Below the pieces are notes generated by a model. That model was not told where the DNA came from. It ran no database searches and saw only the letters and a list, made by a program, of their open reading frames with translations. 64,000 nt of DNA from Eledone cirrhosa (taxonomy: Eukaryota). Positions 54,888 through 64,000 of the stretch are shown here, one piece after another. The position numbers and the translations under genes were made by a program. The stretch covers positions 6,634,001 through 6,698,000 of the forward strand of contig OZ024747.1 of the NCBI GenBank assembly GCA_964016885.1, written 5' to 3'. Position 1 is the first letter of the stretch. Every line of letters begins with the position of its first letter.

Positions 54888-55889
54888 GGTAGTAGATGGT
54901 AGAGCATCAGATAAAATATATCTAGGTGTTTAACCATGTCCCTGTACGCCCTGGTATCAAGTCTTGGCTGAGACAACCTTCCTCCATTTATTTTATCCAT
55001 ACTGGGGTTTATTTTATCTAAAAAAAAAACTGTCTAGAACATGGACGACGACGACAACAATGAGTCTGGTAATACCATCTATCAATAAATAAATAGATAA
55101 ATAGATAAATAAATAAAAACAAAGAAAGTAATAACAGTTTTAGCTATTTTTGGTCGGTTAAAAAGTTTTGTAATTGAAAAATCAAAAAAAAAAAAAAAAA
55201 TAACCAAAAATTGGAAATATCGATCAATATAAAAAAAAAAATAATGATCTACCTTTTCGGAATTTAATCAATAATATTATAGTTTTGTGTGTGGGTGGTG
55301 GTGGTGGTGGTAGTGAGGGGTAGCATGTTAGAGAAAATATGTAAATACCAAGGTGGAAATTTTTCCTGTATTAATATCGATTAACCCAGTTCGTGTTTTA
55401 AAAATCTTATGCGGATAATGTCATTTTTAAATTCGCGTGTATGTTTGTGTGTATGTGTGTGTGTGCGTCTGTGTGTGCGCGTGCGAGTGTGTGTGCGCGC
55501 ACGTGTCTGCATATCCCTTTCTCTCTCTCTCTCTCTATATATATATATCACTTTCTAATATATATATATATATATATATTTAAAATGTTGCTGCTTCCAT
55601 CCCCTAATCCTGGTTCAATTAACAAAAACACGGAGTGTGCAAAATTTCAGCTCAATCGGACAACTGTTAGGCGACCCTCAAACGCCTCCAAGTTGGAACA
55701 TGATATACGCAACGATTAATTCTGTTCCTTATGTCGGCCATTTTCAAACGCGGACCAGTCATATTAGTTAACTGTTTATCACTAACGTATATTTCTTAAT
55801 ATTTTATTTCTCTATACTACCATTAGGTGCAGTACAATTCTTTAAACAGACGAACGCAACTCACAACCTCACTCGCTCACGGCTAGTCT

Positions 55890-56590
55890 TCCTCTCATTG
55901 CTCTCCTTTTATCCTTGCTCTCCTTTTATCCTTGCTCTTCTTGCTCTCCTTTTATCCTTGCTCTCCTTTTCTCCTTACTCTCCTTTTCTCCTTCCTCTTC
56001 CTGCTCCCGTTTTCTCCTTCCTCTCCCTGCTCCTCTTTTCTCCTTCCTCTCCCTGCTCCCCTTTTCTCCTTATTCTCCTTTTCTACTTCCTCTCTTTTTA
56101 TCATTGCTCTCCTTTTCTTATTGCTCTCCTTTTATCCTTGCTCTCCTAGCTCTTCTTTTATCATTACTCTACTTACTTTCCTTTCTCTCTTTTTATCTTT
56201 GTTCTCTTTTTATCCTTGTTCTCTTTTTATCCTTGCTCTCCTTTTCTCCTTGCACTCCTTGCTCTCCTGTTATCCTTACTATCCTTTTCTCCTTAATCTC
56301 CTTGCACTCCTTTTCTCCTTACTCCCCTTGCTCTCCTTTCTCTCCTTTTCTTATTGCTCCCTTTGCTCTTTTTCTCCTTGCTATCCTTGCTCTCTTTACT
56401 CTCCTTGCTCTCCTGTTCTTCTTATCCTTGCTCTCCTGTTCTCCTTACTCTCCTTTTCGCGTTGCTCTTCTTGCTCCTTGCTTTCCTTGCTCTCCTTTTC
56501 TCCTCTTTTCTCCTTACTCTCCTTACTCCCCTTGCTCTCCTTTTATCATTGTTCTCCTTTTATCCTTGCTCTCCTTTCTCCTTCTCTTAT
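55890..56590. repeat. Degenerate pyrimidine-rich tandem repeat (ccttgctctccttttat-like)
   Basis: Directly visible. Confidence 0.85.
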
Positions 56591-56682
56591 GAAATGTGTG
56601 AGAAAAAAATGTGTGATATATGTGTAGAAAATATATATGTGTAAAAAAATTAACCGTTATTCGTGGAATATGTTATAGGACA

Positions 56683-57019
56683 TTAGCTGTAAACTTTGTG
56701 AAAGGTCTTAAAAGATTTATGATTACAAAGACCAAATAAGTCCGTACGTCTATTTATTAAAGAGTTGAAATTCGAGATAATGGTAAATTTTTCAGCTAGA
56801 CATAAATTACAAACCCTAGATATGGAAGCATTGGAGTAAGGAAAAGCGTTGCAAATTTCACGCCAAGAAATTGCGTAATTAATGTTTTTGTCTTTTAAGG
56901 ACCAAATAAGTTCTGAGAGTGCGGTGTTGGTCTTTTTAAGTGGATATTTAAATGTAGAAGAATGGTTATAGAGTCTTGCTTTAAAAGAAGTAAAAGTAGA
57001 GCCAATGTAGGTATAGGTG

Positions 57020-57020
<1 letters not shown>
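56683..57020 (-). mobile_element. Penelope-like element (PLE) GIY-YIG endonuclease C-terminal fragment, 5'-truncated at a (TA)n array
   Basis: The peptide YIGSTFTSFKARLYNHSSTFK...TALSELIWSLKD...ISW...PY...CNLCLAEKFTI...LINRRTDLFGLCNH matches the YIG-R-H core and the CxLCLxEK...LNxRxE...CxH tail typical of PLE endonucleases. It is open to a stop at 56683. Confidence 0.85.
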
Positions 57021-57063
<43 letters not shown>

Positions 57064-57091
57064 CAAAATGAAGGATATTCACATAATCAAA

Positions 57092-57168
57092 ATATATGCT
57101 GTATTATATATATATTTCAAAGGTACTGTGTTGTTATTTCAGTACGTCTTCATCAGATAAAATATATG
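57092..57168 (-). ncRNA. Minimal type-I hammerhead ribozyme motif (family A) in the PLE terminal repeat
   Basis: The minus strand reads tattttat CTGATGA agac GTACTG aaataacaaca CAGTAC cttt GAA ATATATATAT A atacag. The core is intact, with a 6-bp stem II, a palindromic stem III and an imperfect stem I. Confidence 0.75.
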
Positions 57169-58271
57169 ATTTGATATATGACATAGCGCTACGGTCTTGA
57201 TTATACAATTCCAGTATTGGCAGTGATTTATACCACAAATAATATGATAAACTTAAAGAAGAAAAGAGCGTAGAGCAAATTAGAGATATGAGAGAGGGTG
57301 TAAATAAGAGGAAAGGCAAGAAAAAATAAATAAATACATACATAAATACCTACATAAATAGATAAATGAATAAAAAATAAATGGATGAATGAGTAAAAAA
57401 GAAAAGAGGAATAACGACAAAAGAGGGAAGGTGTAAGGAAAGTAAAGGGAACAGAGGGGGGTAAAGAAAATAAAGAAAATAAAGGAAACATCAAATAGAG
57501 GGGGATAGAGAAAAACCCGTTGTTTTCAAATGCTAGATCAAATAGGACATCCAATCAATTCAACTAAACAATTGAATATCTTTAGTATTTGATTATGCAT
57601 TAGTTAATTATACTTATATATTATATCAAAATTAATCAGTATAGATTATTTTCTATAGTAATCACATATATATAGTTTAATTAAAAATTTATATAATTTA
57701 ATTTAACTCATTATAGATTATTATTTTTAATTTTAAGGTAAGATATTCTATAAATATTTTGTTACAACTTTAAAAGAATTAATCATTAAAGCGTACTTAA
57801 ATAATTATTACATATGTATTAAAATCTAATACTATACATAAATCACCATCAATACATATAAAATATTTAGATCATATATTACTCAAATTATTTGATTATG
57901 ATATTCTTTTTATAAAATCTTCACTATTCTTCACTATTCTTTAATTTTCATTTAATTTCTAGGATTAAACTGCAGTTAATTAAACTACACAAAAGTTAAT
58001 TTCATTAATTTATTGAAAGGTTATATTTACTTCTGTATTTACTTATTTTGATATATAGTTTCATTTTAATGATAGTCTGTATATTATTAGTCTACATATT
58101 TCAAAACTAATATAATTCAGCAAGCCAGACAAAAGGCAGGACATTTTATGGACAATGTAAACAAAAGGAAGAAAACTCCAGGAAAACACTTTGTTGAGTG
58201 CTTTTAATCTATTGTAAAATTGTATTCATTCAGTAAATCAACGAACCATATTAATCTTTGGTTATATATAT

Positions 58272-58396
<125 letters not shown>

Positions 58397-58455
58397 TTAC
58401 GTACCATAATAATATGTATATATATATATATTTAAATAAATATATATGTATTTAA

Positions 58456-58486
<31 letters not shown>

Positions 58487-58541
58487 CATATATATACTAA
58501 GAGTGGGAAATGAAATTTCGTTTCATTTTTTCCGTTTATAT

Positions 58542-58589
<48 letters not shown>

Positions 58590-58769
58590 ATGTGTGTGTT
58601 TTACGTGCGAAGTCATTTAAGCGCTCATTTACTTGCCTGCAGGGAAATGTGTCAGCTTGGTATTTCTGCCTTTATGTGTTGGTGACTAAAATATTAAATC
58701 TCTATAGTTTATCGTCCGTATCAGATAGACAATTATCCGAAATACATATTGAAGACATATCGAATTGCG

Positions 58770-60920
58770 TGTATGGGAATCTGCAAACGCACGCCTAGCC
58801 TATGTAAGTATGTAAATGCTTGTGTATGTATATGTGTACCTACAAACGCACTCCTGGCCTGTGTAAGTATATACATACTTGTGTATGCATATGTGTGTAT
58901 CTGCAAACGCACGCCTGGCCTGTGTAAGTGTGTAAATGCTTATGTATGCATATGTGTATCTGCAAACGCACTCCTGGCCTGTGTAAGTATATACATACTT
59001 GTGTATACATGTATGTGTACCTACAAACGCACTCCTGGCCTGTGTAAGTATATACATACTTGTGTATACATGTATATGTACCTACAAACGCACTCTTAGC
59101 CTATGTGAGTATATACATACTTGTGTATACATGTATGTATACCTACAAACGCACTCCTGGCCTGTGTAAGTATATACATACTTGTGTATACATGTATGTG
59201 TACCTACAAACGCACTCCTGGCCTGTGTAAGTATATACATACTTGTGTATACATGTATGTGTACCTACAAACGCACTCCTGGCCTGTGTAAGTATATACA
59301 TACTTGTGTATACATGTATATGTACCTACAAACGCACTCCTGGCCTGTGTAAGTATATACATACTTGTGTATACATGTATATGTACCTACAAACGCACTC
59401 CTGGCCTGTGTAAGTATATACATACTTGTGTATACATGTATGTGTACCTACAAACGCACTCCTGGCCTGTGTAAGTATATACATACTTGTGTATACATGT
59501 ATATGTACCTACAAACGCACTCCTGGCCTGTGTAAGTATATACATACTTGTGTATACATGTATGTGTACCTACAAACGCACTCCTGGCCTGTGTAAGTAT
59601 ATACATACTTGTGTATACATGTATATGTACCTACAAACGCACTCCTGGCCTGTGTAAGTATATACATACTTGTGTATACATGTATATGTACCTACAAACG
59701 CACTCTTAGCCTGTGTGAGTATATACATACTTGTGTATACATGTATGTGTACCTACAAACGTACTCCTGGCCTGTGTAAGTATATACATACTTGTGTATA
59801 CATGTATATGTACCTACAAACGCACTCCTGGCCTATGTGAGTATATACATACTTGTGTATACATGTATGTGTACCTACAAACGCACTCCTGGCCTGTGTG
59901 AGTATATACATACTTGTGTATACATGTATGTGTACCTACAAACGCACTCTTAGCCTGTGTGAGTATATACATGCTTATATATGCATATGTGTGTATCTGC
60001 CAAATGCACGCCTGGCCTGTGTAAGTGTGTAAGTGCTTATGTATGTATGTATGTGTATCTGCAAACGCACGCCAGACCTGTGTGAGTATATATACATACT
60101 TGCGTATACATGTATATAGTTTCTACTTTTGGCACAAGGCCAGCGATTACCCCAGTACACCACTGGTACTTTATTTTATCGACCTCGTAAGGATGAAAGG
60201 CAGAGTGAACCTCGGCGGATTTGAACTCAGAACGCAAAGGGCCATAACTATGCTGCAAAACATGGTGTCTGACGCTCTACCGATTACTGCCAAACCACCG
60301 CCTGTATAAATATATATGTGCCTGTGTATGTATGTGTGTATCTACAAACACACGCCTGATCTGTGTAAGTATATACATGCTTATGTATGTGTATGTGTAT
60401 CTTCAAACGCACTCCTGGCGTGTGTAAGTATATTATACATGCTTGTGTATGTATGTGTATCTGCAAATGTACACCAGACCTGTGTAAATGTATATATGCT
60501 TGTGTATGTATGTGTATCTGCAAACGCACGCCAGGCTTGTGTAAATATATACATGCTTGTGTATGCATATGTGTATCTGCAACCGTACTCCTGCCTGTGT
60601 AAGTATAGACATGTTTGTGTATACATATGTGTATCTTCAAACGCACACCAGGCCTGTGTGAGTATATTATACATACTTGTGTATGCATGTATGTGTATCT
60701 GCAAACGCACGCCTGGCCTGTGTGAGTATATACATAGTTGTGTATGAATGTGTACCTACAAACGCACGCCTGGCCTGTATAAATGTATATATGCTTGTGT
60801 ATGTATGTTTATCTGCAAACGCACGCCAGGCCTGTGTAAATATATACATGCTTGTGTATGCATATGTGTATCTGAAAACGCACGCCAGGCTTGTGTGAGT
60901 ATATTATACATGTTTGTGTA
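58770..60920. repeat. 59-bp minisatellite interrupted by a SINE at 60119-60303
   Basis: The unit is tacctacaaacgcactcctggcctgtgtaagtatatacatacttgtgtatacatgtatgtg. Confidence 0.92.
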
Positions 60921-62699
60921 TGAATGGATGTGTATACATGCGTACATAATTAATTTACAGCATTTTATTAATAAATATATGGTTCAAGAAGCAAGTAAAA
61001 TGTCTATTAATTTTAATATTGAACTGCAGATATTCTCAAGCGACGCGTCAGTCTGGGGGGTATATTTGTTCAAAATGTAAAATGTAATCATAATCAACCA
61101 AAGTAAATACTCATTATAGTAAGTAGATGTGTCTAAACATTTCATAGTTAGTGTATCTATTCAGAATATATATTTGGATGGCCCACAGGCCAAAGAAAAA
61201 GCCGTTACATAGTCGTTAGGTTTGTTAGAAATAGTAGCCAAATTTGCTTCAAATTACAACCTAACGTCTGGTGTATATTAAATCTCTGTCCTCCACACCG
61301 TGTCTTCCTTATTTATACTGTTTCTGCTATTGAAACCTACCGTCTCAAAATAATGGGTTCTACTATAGACACAAAGCCAGTAATTCGAGGGGAGGGGAAA
61401 GGTGATTAAATCGACCCCGGTACGTTACTGATACTTTATTTTATCGACCCCGTAAGGATGAAAGGCAAAGTTAACCTGGGCAAGATTTGTACTCAGACCG
61501 TAAAGGGCCGTAACTCTATGCTGCAAAGAATGGCGTCCGACTCTCTACCGATACTGCCAATCCACCGCCCTCTACCGTCTCAAAATAATAATAAAAAAAG
61601 AGAGAATCACAAGCAGTTAAACAACAACAACAATAAAAACAACAACCTTCTGGGGTTGAAGGGGAAATGGTTCTTTATGAGACCATTTCCCCGTGATGAC
61701 AGAAATTAAATTCTCATCGAAAATACTCTGAAAAAGAATATATAGGGTGTCCCAAAATATGTATACAGCATTCTAATAAATATTGCCTGTACAGGTAATA
61801 AAAGTGTGTATACATTTTTTTTTTTTTGTATCTACTTATGGAGTAAGATCTATAAAGAAGAGTAATATTAGAGTTATTCTGGGTAATATTGGTGAATTCG
61901 ATGACAGCGATAGATATGTTGTTCACAATAGTTTTTTTATAAATCGATCTTGTTAAATATTTAGAGTAAATTCTACAAATACCGGCAACCTCGGGGACTT
62001 GAGATGCCGTTAAATGTAAATGTTTCGTTGTCTAGGGCGTGTGTATTTATTACGTAAATAAAAGGGTTACAGTAAATAAGAAATAGTGACATAGTATATA
62101 TTCAGTACTGTTTTGTCAACTAGTAAATATAACACAAGCAATATGGACAGAGAAATAAAAACATTATCAAATGGAAAAAGAAACACATACACGACAAGTG
62201 ATGTAAACAGACAAACGTGTTGCTTGATAGAATTCTTCACTCTCCGACATTTTTCAAAAGTGTTGTTAGTTTGTATTTCCTGTGATTCTAGATGTTATTT
62301 CGGAGGTTTAGCAGTATCGGTAGAGGGTCGGACGCCATGCTTTGACGCATAGAGTTACGGCCCTTGCCATTCTGAGTTCAAATAACTTTGCCTTTCATTC
62401 TTCCGGGGTCGATAAAATAAAGTACTAGTAATGCACTGGGTAATTGCTGGCCTTGTGCCAAAAGTAGAAACAATTATTTCTCTTATTTCCAGGGCGGTGG
62501 ATTGGCAGTATCGTTAGAGGGTCGGGCGCCATGCTTTAGAAACAATTATTTCGGAGGTTTAGTGCACAACGTTATCCTTTCTGTTGATGTTCCTCTTTCA
62601 AAGTCAGTTCCCGTCTTAATTAATAAACTGTTATCATTCATATTATACTGCAAATGCGTCTATAGAGTTAATCGACTGTAGCGAACCTATCAGATGCAT

Positions 62700-63029
62700 G
62701 CATGGTCTCGTAACTCCTGGGGGAACGTCAGGGAGCCATGCGGCGTTTCTGGGACATTTTTTAAACTTGGTGGAGCCCATCTCCTCTCCAGGTCTGAATA
62801 TAGCAGATTTCTTCCAGAGAAGGAGAGAGGGGGAGAGAATGGAAGTTAGAAAGAGATATAGGGGAAAAATCGACCCCTTGTACTTGACTAGTACTTTTTT
62901 TAATCGACCTCGAATGGATGAAAGGTAAAGTTGACCTCGATAGGATTTGAACTGAGAGAGTAAAGAGCTGAAACGAATACTCCAAAGCCTTATATCCGAG
63001 GTTCTAACGACTCTGCTATTTCGCCGCCA
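62700..63029 (-). mobile_element. SINE subfamily with the same head/central domain but a different ~180-bp 3' tail
   Basis: The tail recurs at 15301-15480 (joined to a SINE body) and at 2935-3120, where it ends in an (ACCAT)n tail at 2908-2936. Confidence 0.7.
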
Positions 63030-63646
63030 TAATCAACCTATCAGATAACCTCTACCAAAAGATAATGATATTAGCTAGACTAATCTTTCGTTTTATGATC
63101 ACATACAACTTGAACCTTCACGATTGCTTCAAATGTTTGACCTCATAATCACTGAGCAAAAACTGGCCTTCCTGTTCAAAACTATCAGCGAAACATCATC
63201 AGCACCAACAAAAGACTACACAGTCGTTTGGCTTGCTAGAAACAACAACCAAATTTCCATTAACTCACCTCAAACTACCTTAAAAAATGAAGGCACATGT
63301 GGGATGATGTTTTACTTAAATATAAAAAAAAAGACGAGAGTCACGGCTGCAATCTATTTGATCACGGCCTGCTTGAGAAGGGATTCATCTGAGGCTAATA
63401 AATAAGATTGTGGGGAGGGGGGGGGTTAAATTAACAAGTTAACGAAGGAGCCGCATTATGGTTACTTGACCTGTCAGAAATAGCTGTCAAATTTCCCTCA
63501 TATCAAACTTCAAAGCTTTTTTTTTAAACAAAACAAAACAAAAAAGACACATTGGTCTATGTATTCTTAAATACACAGCTTGGAAACAAAAGATCGATGG
63601 ACATGATTAGAATGTCTTTGATCAGAGTTCACCTCTATCAATAGTG

Positions 63647-63783
63647 AAGGCGCATGGCTTAGTGGTTAAAGCATTGGGCTTGCAATCGAAAGGTTGTGAG
63701 TTCAATTCTCGAACCGGGTGATGTGTTGTTTCCTTGAGCAAGACACTTCACGTTGCTCCAGTTTACTCAGCTGTAGAAATGAG
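63647..63783 (+). mobile_element. tRNA-derived SINE head with tccttgagcaagacactt domain
   Basis: It has an A box tggcttagtgg and a B box gagttcaattc. The same domain occurs at 24115-24147 and, inverted, at 23553-23586. Confidence 0.7.
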
Positions 63784-64000
63784 ATGATAGGACTGGGGTC
63801 CCTATCATTAAATTACCCAAGACACCTCCAACGAGATATACCTTGGAGGAGGCCAGCTAAACCTGCATAAGTGTGATCTGTAACAACAACAACCTCCATC
63901 AAGGGCAGTCGTGAAACTAAATTAACAACAAAATATAAAATGGATTCAACGTGAATAAATCAGAAAGTGTTAAGCCACTCACTACCTCTTTAATTATGTC

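Noticed and set aside
58770-60920. CRISPR-like regular repeat
   Set aside because: No unique spacers, eukaryotic context and no cas genes.
63647-63720. tRNA gene
   Set aside because: The A/B boxes continue into a SINE body and there is no proper acceptor stem. The same applies to the other SINE heads.

Overview
This is AT-rich, microsatellite-saturated eukaryotic DNA. The SINE types and simple-repeat load suggest an invertebrate, probably an octopod cephalopod; that is inference and cannot be verified here. Only one host coding exon is recognisable: a 153-bp minus-strand exon (35860-36012) from the amino-terminal domain of an ionotropic glutamate receptor (AMPA/kainate-like), so much of the window is probably intronic. 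Almost all long ORFs in the track are artefacts of simple repeats. The rest consists of more than 20 copies of a tRNA-derived SINE, RTE and Tx1/L1 LINE fragments, Tc1/mariner MITEs and several minisatellites. The most striking signal is a dense, multi-family set of minimal type-I hammerhead ribozyme motifs, about 5 with intact cores plus about 10 degenerate or half copies. They lie in short units embedded in (TA)n arrays, and one sits next to a Penelope-like GIY-YIG endonuclease remnant. Several local fold-back inversions pivot on the ribozyme stem II. Also notable are Tx1-like LINEs stacked in (GATA)n arrays, one with a clean 23-bp target-site duplication, and two RTE copies that both carry 5' inversions. 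All structures were read by eye; no search or folding was run.
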